Below are positions 1 to 8,299 of a DNA stretch of 64,000 nt, one piece after another. Numbering within the stretch: the stretch's first letter is position 1; each line of letters opens with the position of its first letter. The stretch lies in the NCBI GenBank assembly GCA_964433345.1, contig CAYSQJ010000003.1:160365-224364 (forward strand), written 5' to 3'. Source of the DNA: an uncultured Bordetella sp. Its GTDB lineage: Bacteria; Pseudomonadota; Gammaproteobacteria; Burkholderiales; SG8-41. The position numbers and the translations under genes were made by a program. The notes beneath the pieces are model-generated. The model saw nothing but the letters and a program-made list of their open reading frames with translations. It made no database searches and was not told the DNA's origin.

Positions 1-1407
1 CATGCCGAAGTGCTGGTGCTCGGTGCCGGCCCCGGCGGCTATACGGCGGCCTTCCGCGCCGCCGACCTCGGCAAGAAGGTCGTGCTGGTCGAACGTTATC
101 CGACGCTGGGCGGCGTCTGCCTCAATGTCGGCTGCATTCCGTCGAAGGCGTTGCTGCACATGGCCAAGGTGATCACCGAAGCCGACGAAGCCGCCCATGC
201 CGGCATCACTTTCGGCAAGCCAAAAATCGAAATCGACAAGCTGCGCGCCTGGAAGGACGGCGTACTGGGCAAACTCACCAAAGGGCTTTCGGGCCTCGCC
301 AAGCAGCGCAAGGTGCAGGTGGTCACCGGCCGCGGCGAATTCGCTTCGCCCAACACGCTGCGTGTCGAAACCGCGGACGGGGTGAAAACTGTCGCTTTCG
401 AACACTGCATCATCGCCGCCGGTTCATCGGTCGCGCGCATCCCCGGTTTTCCGTACGACGATCCGCGCATCATCGACTCCACTGGCGCGCTGAAACTCGC
501 CGAAGTGCCGAAACGCCTGCTGGTGATCGGCGGCGGCATCATCGGCCTCGAGATGGCCACGGTCTACGACGCGCTGGGCTCGAAAATCACCGTCGTCGAA
601 CTGATGGACGGCCTGATCCCCGGCGCCGACAGGGATGTGGTGCGGCCGCTGGCGAAACGCATCGAGAAACGTTACGAAAAAATCCTGCTGAAGACCAAGG
701 TCGCGAAAATCGAGGCGCAGAAGGCCGGGCTCAAGGTCACTTTTGAAGGCACTGACGGAACAACCACCACCGATACCTTCGACGCCGCACTGATGGCCGT
801 CGGCCGCCGACCCAACGGCCGCGAGATCAAGGCCGAAGCAGCGGGCGTCACCATCAACGAGCGTGGCTACATCCCGGTCGACAAGCAGCAGCGCACCAAC
901 GTGCCGCACATCCACGCCATCGGCGATATCTGCGGCGAGCCCATGCTCGCGCACAAGGCGACCTACGAGGGCAAGATCGCCGCCGAAGTCATCGCCGGCC
1001 ACAAGGCCTTCTTCGATGCGCGCACTATTCCCTCGGTCGCCTATACCGATCCCGAGATTGCCTGGATGGGCCTCACCGAAACCCAGGCCCAGGCGCAGGG
1101 CATCGAGTTCGAGAAAGCGGTGTTCCCCTGGGCTGCCAGCGGCCGCGCGCTGGCCACCGGCCGCGACGAGGGCATGACCAAGCTGCTGATCGACAAGAAA
1201 ACACGCCGCGTGCTCGGTGCAGCCATCGTCGGCGTCAATGCCGGCGAACTGATCGCCGAAGCCGTGCTGGCGCTGGAAATGGGCGCCGACTCGCATGATC
1301 TCGGACTCACCATCCATCCGCATCCGACGCTGTCGGAAACCCTGTTCTTCGCCGCGGAAATGGCGGAGGGCACGATCACCGACCTCTACGTGCCGAAGAA
1401 AAAATAA
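1..1407 (+). CDS. lpdA: dihydrolipoyl dehydrogenase (E3), 5' end cut by window edge
   Basis: Frame open from nt 1 (HAEVLVLGAGPGGY); FAD motif GAGPGGY, redox disulfide CLNVGCIPSK, NAD motif GGGIIGLE, C-terminal HPHPTLSE. Confidence 0.92.
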   Translation, partial: HAEVLVLGAGPGGYTAAFRAADLGKKVVLVERYPTLGGVCLNVGCIPSKALLHMAKVITEADEAAHAGITFGKPKIEIDKLRAWKDGVLGKLTKGLSGLAKQRKVQVVTGRGEFASPNTLRVETADGVKTVAFEHCIIAAGSSVARIPGFPYDDPRIIDSTGALKLAEVPKRLLVIGGGIIGLEMATVYDALGSKITVVELMDGLIPGADRDVVRPLAKRIEKRYEKILLKTKVAKIEAQKAGLKVTFEGTDGTTTTDTFDAALMAVGRRPNGREIKAEAAGVTINERGYIPVDKQQRTNVPHIHAIGDICGEPMLAHKATYEGKIAAEVIAGHKAFFDARTIPSVAYTDPEIAWMGLTETQAQAQGIEFEKAVFPWAASGRALATGRDEGMTKLLIDKKTRRVLGAAIVGVNAGELIAEAVLALEMGADSHDLGLTIHPHPTLSETLFFAAEMAEGTITDLYVPKKK

Positions 1408-1653
1408 ATGCAGTTCCTCGTCAGCGCCGTGATCGGCATCACCGGCCTCTATGCGCTGGCCGTGGGTGGCTGGCACCTCGCTTATGGCAGCTGGTTCCCT
1501 TTCTTCCCGGCGCCGGTTGCAAGTCTCTACAACATGCTGCAAGCCGGATTCGGCGGAGCGTCATTCAAAGCCATGGCCATCACGCTGCTGATTTTCGGCG
1601 GGCTGATTTCCTTTTTTGCATTCCTGATTTACCCTCACCACAAAACGGATTGA
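1408..1653 (+). CDS. small hydrophobic protein (81 aa, about 2 TM helices), function unknown
   Basis: ATG directly abuts lpdA TAA; two long hydrophobic stretches; GC3-rich codons. Confidence 0.45.
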   Translation: MQFLVSAVIGITGLYALAVGGWHLAYGSWFPFFPAPVASLYNMLQAGFGGASFKAMAITLLIFGGLISFFAFLIYPHHKTD

Positions 1654-1768
1654 ATCCGGAACAGGGTGCGCTGCGCATAGCGCGCATGCGGCGATAATCA
1701 GAACCAGGCCGCATCCGGCGCCGAAAGCACTTCGGGCAAGGCTGCAATTTTCCGCGAGGAGGCTGAAA

Positions 1769-2758
1769 ATGGGCAAAACCGTAGCAGGCATGCTGATCGG
1801 GCTGGGCGGATGTGCCACGGCACTGATGCTCATGACGGGTATGGCGCAGGCACAGAAGTATCCCGAACGCCCGGTGCGTCTGGTGGTGCCCTACCCCTCC
1901 GGCGCCAGCTCCAACGACATCCTCGCCCGGCAGATCGCGCCCAAGCTCGCCGCCCGTCTCGGGCAGAACGTCGTCGTCGACAACCGTTCCGGCGCCAGCG
2001 GCAACATCGGTGCAGAACTGGTGGCCAAATCGCCTGCCGATGGCCACACCCTGCTCTACGGCACTGGCGGGCTGTTCTCGATCGGACCGCATCTCTACAA
2101 GAACCTGGCCTACAGCCCGGAGAAGGATCTGCAGCCGGTGGCACTGGTCGCCGTGGTGCCGTACCTGCTGGTGATCAACGCCTCGCTGCCGGTGAAAAAC
2201 CTGCAGGAATTCATCGCCTATGCCAAGGCACGGCCGGGCAAACTGTCCTTCGCCTCCTCCGGCGTCGGCGGCACACCGCACCTGTGCATCGAAATGCTCA
2301 AGACCATGGCCGGCATCGACCTCTTGCATGTGCCGTACAAGGGCGGCGCGCCGGCAGTGATCGACACCATCGGCGGACAGACCCAGGCCTATTGCGCCGG
2401 GCTTGCCGCGACGATGCCCCATGTCAATTCCGGCAAGCTGCGCGCGCTCGGCGTCACCACGCTGAAGCGTTCACCGGGGGCGCCTGACATGCCGACGCTC
2501 GACGAACAGGGCTTGAAGGGCTTCGACGTCAACTCCTGGGGCGCGATTTTCGTGCCGGCGAAAACGCCGAGGCACGCGGTCGACCAACTCCACAAGTCGC
2601 TGGCCGCGGTGATGGGCACGGACGAGATGCGCAGCGTGCTGATCAAACAGGGCATGGATCCGGTATTTCTCGGCCCGACACAGCTCGCCGACCTGATCCG
2701 GCGGGAATCCGCCGGCTGGGCCAAGGTGATCAAGTCAGCGGGCATACGCCTGGAATGA
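1769..2758 (+). CDS. Bug/TctC-family tripartite tricarboxylate transporter substrate-binding protein
   Basis: 329 aa, signal peptide, YPERPVRLVVPYPSGASSN / GTPHL / VPYKGG motifs typical of Bug family; GAGGAGG SD before ATG. Confidence 0.85.
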   Translation: MGKTVAGMLIGLGGCATALMLMTGMAQAQKYPERPVRLVVPYPSGASSNDILARQIAPKLAARLGQNVVVDNRSGASGNIGAELVAKSPADGHTLLYGTGGLFSIGPHLYKNLAYSPEKDLQPVALVAVVPYLLVINASLPVKNLQEFIAYAKARPGKLSFASSGVGGTPHLCIEMLKTMAGIDLLHVPYKGGAPAVIDTIGGQTQAYCAGLAATMPHVNSGKLRALGVTTLKRSPGAPDMPTLDEQGLKGFDVNSWGAIFVPAKTPRHAVDQLHKSLAAVMGTDEMRSVLIKQGMDPVFLGPTQLADLIRRESAGWAKVIKSAGIRLE

Positions 2759-3074
2759 CACCGTCGCGGGCCGGCGTTCTGTGCCGGCGACAGCAACCGA
2801 CGCATCGGCACTGTCGGGCTGATGGCCTGCGCGATGACTCGGTGCGAGGATGATGCCTGTACACGCCAGGGAAAATCCGACCTGGCGCCTCGCCTTCTCC
2901 CCAGTGTGAACATGGACTTACGAGTGCCACTCCGGGACTGCAATCGCTTGCAATGCGCTTTTCTTCCCCCTGCCAAAGGCGTAGACTTTGCGACACTTTC
3001 GAGAGCGTATCGCAAGAACGTAAATAGCCCAATAAAAACAAAAACATGTGGTCAACCGCAGGCAGGAGTGATTT

Positions 3075-4934
3075 TTGAAGCCGACCGATATTTCGCACCC
3101 CGATTACTTCCATAAAGTTGTCGATTGCCAGTGGGCCTGCCCTGCCCACACCCCCGTCCCCGAATACATCCGCTTGATCTCCGCAGGCCGCTACAGCGAT
3201 GCCTACATGGTCAACTGGAAATCGAATGTCTTCCCCGGCATTCTCGGCCGTACCTGTGACCGTCCCTGCGAGCCGGCCTGTCGCCGCGGCCGCGTCGAGG
3301 AGGGCAATGTCGAGATGCGCAAGCCGACCGCGCACGAAGACGGCCCCAAGCCCGAGCCGGTCGCGATCTGCCGCCTGAAGCGCGTCGCTGCCGACAACAA
3401 GGACGACGTCAGCGCACGCATGCCCAAGGCGCCGAAGCAGAAAAACGGCAAGCGCATTGCCTGCATCGGCGGCGGCCCGGCCTCGCTGACCGTCGCGCGC
3501 GATCTCGCACCGCTGGGTTACGACATCACCATTTATGAAGCCGATCCGAAAGCCGGCGGTTTCATGCGCTCGCAGGTGCCGCGTTTCCGCCTGCCGGAGT
3601 CCGTCATCGACGAGGAAGTCGGCTACATCACCGGCATCGGCAACATCACGGTGCGCACCGGCGAACGCGTCGACAGCCTGAAGAAGGTGCTCGCCGAAGG
3701 TTATGACGCCGTGTTCGTCGGCACCGGCGCCCCGCGCGGCCGTGACCTCGACGTGCCCGGCCGCAAGGATGCCGCGAACAACGTCCACATCGGCATCGAC
3801 TGGCTGGCCAGCGTGTCCTTCGGCCACATCGAAAAAGTCGGCAAGAAGGTCATCGTGCTCGGCGGCGGCAACACCGCGATGGACTGCTGCCGTTCGGCGA
3901 AACGCCTAGGCGGCGAAGACGTCAAGGTCATCGTCCGCTCCGGCTACGAGGAAATGAAGGCGAGCCCCTGGGAGAAGGAAGATGCCATCGAGGAAGGCAT
4001 TCCCATCCTCAACTACCTGGTGCCGAAATCTTGCAAGGTCGAGAACGGCAAACTGGTCGGCATGAGTTTCGAGAAGGTCAAGGCGGAATACGACGCCCAG
4101 GGCCGCCGCAAGCTGGTGCCCACCGGCGAGCCGGACCAGTATTTTGAATGCGACGATGTACTGGTCGCGATCGGCCAGGAAAACGCCTTTCCGTGGATCG
4201 AGCGCGACGCCGGCATCGAGTTCGACAAGTGGAGCATGCCGGTGGTCGACAAGATCACGTTCCAGTCGACCAATCCCAAGGTCTTCTTCGGCGGCGATGC
4301 CGCCTTCGGCCCCAAGAACATCATCTGGGCGGTGGCCCACGGCCACGAAGCCGCGGTGTCTATCGACAAGATGTTCAACGGCGAAGAGCTGAAGGAACGC
4401 CCGCTGCCGGCGGTCACCGTGATGTCGCAGAAAATGGGCATCCACGAATGGAGCTACGACAACGACATCTCAGCCGCACTGCGCCACAAGGTACCCTGGC
4501 AGGATCAGAAGCTGACGCTGAAGAACATCAAGGTCGAGGTCGAGCTCGGCTTCGACGCCAAGTCCGGCTTCGCCGAGGCCCAGCGCTGCCTGAACTGCGA
4601 CGTGCAGACGGTGTTCACGCCGCGGCTGTGCATCGAATGCGATGCCTGTGTCGACATCTGCCCGATGGACTGCATCACCTTCACCGAGAACGGCGAGGAA
4701 GCCGAGCTGCGCCAGCGCCTGACTGCGCCGGCACTGCGCCAGGACCAGGGGCTGTACGTGTCCGAGACGCTGCGCATGACCGGCCGCATCATGGCCAAGG
4801 ACGAGGACGTCTGCCTGCACTGCGGACTGTGCGCCGAACGCTGCCCGACGGGGGCATGGGACATGCAGAAATACCTGATCCAGATGACCCACGCCGGCCC
4901 GGGCTGCCGCAAACCGCAGCGCAAGGCGGCTTGA
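3075..4934 (+). CDS. GltD-like NAD(P)H flavoprotein with C-terminal 2x[4Fe-4S] ferredoxin domain (KorC-like partner of 2-oxoacid oxidoreductase)
   Basis: TTG start 6 nt after AGGAG; N-terminal Cys cluster, dinucleotide folds CIGGGPASL and VLGGGNTAMD, CIECDACVDICP and CLHCGLCAERCP ferredoxin motifs. Confidence 0.8.
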   Translation: MKPTDISHPDYFHKVVDCQWACPAHTPVPEYIRLISAGRYSDAYMVNWKSNVFPGILGRTCDRPCEPACRRGRVEEGNVEMRKPTAHEDGPKPEPVAICRLKRVAADNKDDVSARMPKAPKQKNGKRIACIGGGPASLTVARDLAPLGYDITIYEADPKAGGFMRSQVPRFRLPESVIDEEVGYITGIGNITVRTGERVDSLKKVLAEGYDAVFVGTGAPRGRDLDVPGRKDAANNVHIGIDWLASVSFGHIEKVGKKVIVLGGGNTAMDCCRSAKRLGGEDVKVIVRSGYEEMKASPWEKEDAIEEGIPILNYLVPKSCKVENGKLVGMSFEKVKAEYDAQGRRKLVPTGEPDQYFECDDVLVAIGQENAFPWIERDAGIEFDKWSMPVVDKITFQSTNPKVFFGGDAAFGPKNIIWAVAHGHEAAVSIDKMFNGEELKERPLPAVTVMSQKMGIHEWSYDNDISAALRHKVPWQDQKLTLKNIKVEVELGFDAKSGFAEAQRCLNCDVQTVFTPRLCIECDACVDICPMDCITFTENGEEAELRQRLTAPALRQDQGLYVSETLRMTGRIMAKDEDVCLHCGLCAERCPTGAWDMQKYLIQMTHAGPGCRKPQRKAA

Positions 4935-4971
4935 GTATCGACGTCAAAAAACAAAGTCAAAATCCAAAGCA

Positions 4972-5054
4972 GCCACAGAGAGCACAGAGAACTGCAAAAA
5001 CACCAAAACCTTTGCACTTCGGGTTTTCTCTGTGCCCTCTGTGACCTCTGTGGC
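4972..5054. repeat. heptamer-periodic palindromic element, CACAGAG/CTCTGTG variant (korC-like/korA spacer)
   Basis: GCCACAGAGAGCACAGAGAA ... TTCTCTGTGCCCTCTGTGACCTCTGTGGC; nested TGCAAA/TTTGCA stem in the loop. Confidence 0.8.
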
Positions 5055-5081
5055 TAAAAAGGTTTTTTACACCCTCACACA

Positions 5082-6920
5082 ATGACCCCCATCACCGCCA
5101 CCAACGATTTCGTCGTCAAGTTCGCCAACGTCAACGGCTCCGGCTCGGCCTCGGCCAATGAACTGTTCGCGCGCTCTATCCTGCGCATGGGCGTGCCGGT
5201 CAGCCCGCGCAACATCTTCCCCTCCAACATTCAGGGCCTGCCGACCTGGTACGAGGTGAGGGTCACCGAGAAGGGTTACCTCGGCCGCCGTGGCGGCGTC
5301 GACCTGATGGTGGCGATGAACCCGCAGACCTGGGACAACGACCTCAGGGAAATCGAGGCCGGCGGCTACCTGTTCTACGACAACTCCAAGCCGCTGCCCG
5401 AGAGCAAGTTCCGCGGCGACATCACGCGCATCGGCATGCCGCTGACGGAGATCTGCAACGCCACCTACAGCGATCCGCGCCAGCGCCAGCTGTTCAAGAA
5501 CATCATTTACGTCGGCGCGCTGTCGGCGATGCTCGAGATCGACCCCAAGGTGATCGAGCAGCTGTTCTCCGAGCAGTACAAAGGCAAGGAGGCGCTGCTG
5601 CAGTCAAACGTGAAGGCGCTGCATCTCGGCCGCGACTACGCGCTGAAAAACCTGCCCTGCCCGCTGGGCATCCGCATCAAGGCCGCGGACAACGTCGGCA
5701 ATCGCATCTTCGCCGACGGCAACAGCGCAGTGGCGCTGGGCGCGGTCTACGGCGGTGCCTCGGTCTGCGCCTGGTACCCGATCACGCCCTCGTCCTCGGT
5801 GGCGGAGGCCTTCATGGCCTACTGCAAGAAAATGCGCACCGATGCCGAAACCGGCAAGAACAAGTACGCAATCATCCAGGGCGAGGACGAACTCGCCTCG
5901 ATCGGCATAGCCATCGGCGCCGGCTGGAACGGCGCGCGCTCCTTCACCGCGACCTCGGGTCCCGGAATCTCGCTGATGACCGAGTTCATCGGGCTGGCCT
6001 ATTTCGCCGAGATCCCGGTGGTGCTGGTCGACGTGCAGCGCGGCGGCCCCTCGACCGGCATGCCCACTCGTACCCAGCAGTCGGACATTCTCGCCTGCGC
6101 CTATGCCTCCCACGGCGATACCAAGCATCCGCTGCTGTTCCCGGAGGACCCGACCGAGTGCTTCGAGTTCACCGCGCTGTCCTTCGACATCGCCGAACGC
6201 CTGCAGACGCCGGTGTTCGTGATGACCGATCTCGACATCGGGATGAACACCCGGCTGTCCCGGCCCTTCGCCTGGGACGACGGCAGGGAGTACGACCGCG
6301 GCAAGATCATGACCTACGAGAAGTTCGAGGCAGGCGCCGATTTCGGGCGCTACCTCGACGTCGACGGCGACGGCATCCCCTTCCGCACCTATCCCGGCAC
6401 CCATCCGACCAAGGGCGGCTATTTCACCCGCGGCACCACCAAGAACCGCTACGCCCAGTATTCGGAGGCAGGTCCCGACTACGTAGACAACATGCAGCGG
6501 CTGATGCGCAAGTTCGACACCGCGAAATCGCTGATGCCGAAACCCGTGCTGCACCAGGCCGCCAAGCCGGCCAGCTTCGGCGCGATCTATTACGGTTCGA
6601 CCAGCCCGGCGATGCTGGAAGCGCTGGACGTTCTTGCCGAGCGAGGCGTCCACATCAATGCGCTGCGCGTCCGCGGATTTCCGTTTGCCGACGAGGTCAA
6701 GGATTTCGTCGCCGCGCATTCCGGCGTGTTCGTCATCGAACAGAACCGCGATGCCCAGCTGAGAACCCTGCTGGTCAACGATGCGAAAATCAACCCCGCG
6801 CAGCTGATTGCGCTGCTGCACTACGACGGCACGCCGATCACCGCCCGCTTCATCGTTGACCAGATCGTACGCCACGTCGACTCGCACAGCGTCGTGCCGC
6901 TGAAAAAAGCCATGGCCTGA
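5082..6920 (+). CDS. korA: 2-oxoacid:acceptor oxidoreductase subunit alpha (fused alpha/gamma)
   Basis: 612 aa; N-terminal gamma-like domain followed by pyrimidine-binding alpha domain (ITPSSS, GPGISLM, QRGGPSTGMPT). Confidence 0.8.
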   Translation: MTPITATNDFVVKFANVNGSGSASANELFARSILRMGVPVSPRNIFPSNIQGLPTWYEVRVTEKGYLGRRGGVDLMVAMNPQTWDNDLREIEAGGYLFYDNSKPLPESKFRGDITRIGMPLTEICNATYSDPRQRQLFKNIIYVGALSAMLEIDPKVIEQLFSEQYKGKEALLQSNVKALHLGRDYALKNLPCPLGIRIKAADNVGNRIFADGNSAVALGAVYGGASVCAWYPITPSSSVAEAFMAYCKKMRTDAETGKNKYAIIQGEDELASIGIAIGAGWNGARSFTATSGPGISLMTEFIGLAYFAEIPVVLVDVQRGGPSTGMPTRTQQSDILACAYASHGDTKHPLLFPEDPTECFEFTALSFDIAERLQTPVFVMTDLDIGMNTRLSRPFAWDDGREYDRGKIMTYEKFEAGADFGRYLDVDGDGIPFRTYPGTHPTKGGYFTRGTTKNRYAQYSEAGPDYVDNMQRLMRKFDTAKSLMPKPVLHQAAKPASFGAIYYGSTSPAMLEALDVLAERGVHINALRVRGFPFADEVKDFVAAHSGVFVIEQNRDAQLRTLLVNDAKINPAQLIALLHYDGTPITARFIVDQIVRHVDSHSVVPLKKAMA

Positions 6921-6924
6921 GACC

Positions 6925-6988
6925 CGGATTGAGGATCGAGCGACCTTCGGGTTTTCTCACTCCTCACGCCTTACTCCTCACTCCTCCC
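6925..6988. repeat. heptamer-periodic element, CCTCAC arm with degenerate partner (korA/korB spacer)
   Basis: GGATTGAGGATCGAGCGA-CCTTCGGGTTTTC-TCACTCCTCACGCCTTACTCCTCACTCCTCCC. Confidence 0.7.
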
Positions 6989-6998
6989 AGAGGAATAA

Positions 6999-8054
6999 AT
7001 GACCTACATCGCAAAACCCAAGCTGCACCACCCCTCGCTGGCCCACAACGCCGCCGGCTACACCCGTCGCGACTACGAAGGCAAGATTTCGACGCTCTGC
7101 GCCGGCTGCGGCCATGACTCGATCTCGGCGGCGATCATCCAGTCCTGCTGGGAGCTCGACATCCAGCCGCACCGCGTCGCCAAGCTCTCGGGCATCGGCT
7201 GCTCCTCGAAAACCCCGGACTACTTCCTCGGCAACTCGCACGGTTTCAACAGCGTGCACGGGCGCATGCCGTCGGTATTAACCGGGGCAAATCTCGCCAA
7301 CCGCGAGCTGCTCTACCTCGGCGTCTCCGGCGACGGCGACTCGGCCTCGATCGGGTTGGGACAATTCGCGCACTGCATCCGCCGCGGCGTCAACATGGTC
7401 TACATCGTCGAGAACAACGGCGTCTACGGCCTGACCAAGGGCCAGTTCTCTGCAACCGCGACCAAGGGTTCCAAATCCAAGCGCGGCGTGATCAACCCCG
7501 ACGAACCGGTGGACCTGGTCGGCATGGCGCTGCTGCTGCGCGCAACCTTTGTCGCCCGCGCCTTCTCCGGCGACAAGAAGCAGCTGGTGCCGCTGATCAA
7601 GGCCGCGATCAAGCACCCCGGCCCCTCCTTCATCGACGTGATCTCGCCCTGCGTCGCCTTCAACAACCACGAAGGCTCGACCAAGTCCTACGAGTACGTG
7701 CGCCAGCACAATGCCGCGGTCAACCGCCTCGACTTCATCGAAGGCCGCGAGGAAATCACTGCGGACTACGCGCCGGGCGAACTGGTCAACATCACCCAGC
7801 ACGACGGCTCGGTGCTCAGGCTGCGCAAGCTGGCAGAAGACTACGACCCCACCGACCGCATCCGCGCGATGAACTACGTTCAGGAACGCGCCGCCGCCGG
7901 CGAGATCGTCACCGGCCTGCTCTACCTGTCGCCGGAACCTGCCGACCTGCACGAGTACATCAACACGGTTCCCACACCCCTCAATCAGCTCGGCACCAGG
8001 GACCTCTGTCCGGGCTCGGCGGCGCTGGAAAAAATCAACGCCGGCTTGCGCTGA
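6999..8054 (+). CDS. korB: 2-oxoacid:ferredoxin oxidoreductase subunit beta (TPP-binding)
   Basis: 351 aa; CAGCGH cluster ligands, TPP motif GVSGDGDSASIG...ENNGVYGLTKGQ; GAGGA SD. Confidence 0.85.
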   Translation: MTYIAKPKLHHPSLAHNAAGYTRRDYEGKISTLCAGCGHDSISAAIIQSCWELDIQPHRVAKLSGIGCSSKTPDYFLGNSHGFNSVHGRMPSVLTGANLANRELLYLGVSGDGDSASIGLGQFAHCIRRGVNMVYIVENNGVYGLTKGQFSATATKGSKSKRGVINPDEPVDLVGMALLLRATFVARAFSGDKKQLVPLIKAAIKHPGPSFIDVISPCVAFNNHEGSTKSYEYVRQHNAAVNRLDFIEGREEITADYAPGELVNITQHDGSVLRLRKLAEDYDPTDRIRAMNYVQERAAAGEIVTGLLYLSPEPADLHEYINTVPTPLNQLGTRDLCPGSAALEKINAGLR

Positions 8055-8235
8055 TCAATTGCCGGCCACCGGGCCGGCAGCAGCGGAGCGGATATCCAGC
8101 CGTTTGGGATGTTTCCGTGGTGTCCATGAGACATCGCCGGGACCCGTCGACAATCATGAGTTTATACAACTAATTGATTTTATTGGTTATTTTAATTTTT
8201 CCTAAAGTCAGTCTAGTCAGCGAGCACTAGCCCAC

Positions 8236-8264
8236 TTGTAATTTGTGCGTCGCAGCATCACAAT
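8236..8264 (+). promoter_or_regulatory. candidate sigma70 promoter for kup
   Basis: TTGTAA-N17-CACAAT. Confidence 0.35.
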
Positions 8265-8266
8265 CT

Positions 8267-8298
8267 TCGGCCTCCTCCATCACTGGAAAGGAGGCCGG
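8267..8298 (+). promoter_or_regulatory. Shine-Dalgarno-sequestering hairpin in kup 5' region
   Basis: 8267-8276 UCGGCCUCCU pairs with 8289-8298 AGGAGGCCGG (9 WC + 1 GU), 12-nt loop; SD AGGAGG entirely in stem; ATG at 8300. Confidence 0.5.
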
Positions 8299-8299
8299 T

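Noticed and set aside
2890-3060. Direct TGCAAT-N4-TGCAAT repeat and TTGCGA-N16-TCGCAA inverted repeat upstream of the kor operon
   Set aside because: The repeats are short, match no regulator consensus I can name (not FNR/CRP-like), and have no clear core promoter. They are too weak to call.
8243-8299. 19-codon N-terminal extension of kup in the ORF track
   Set aside because: The extension covers the SD hairpin and the AGGAGG that is correctly spaced for ATG 8300. Kup homologues begin close to the GDIGTSPLY motif.
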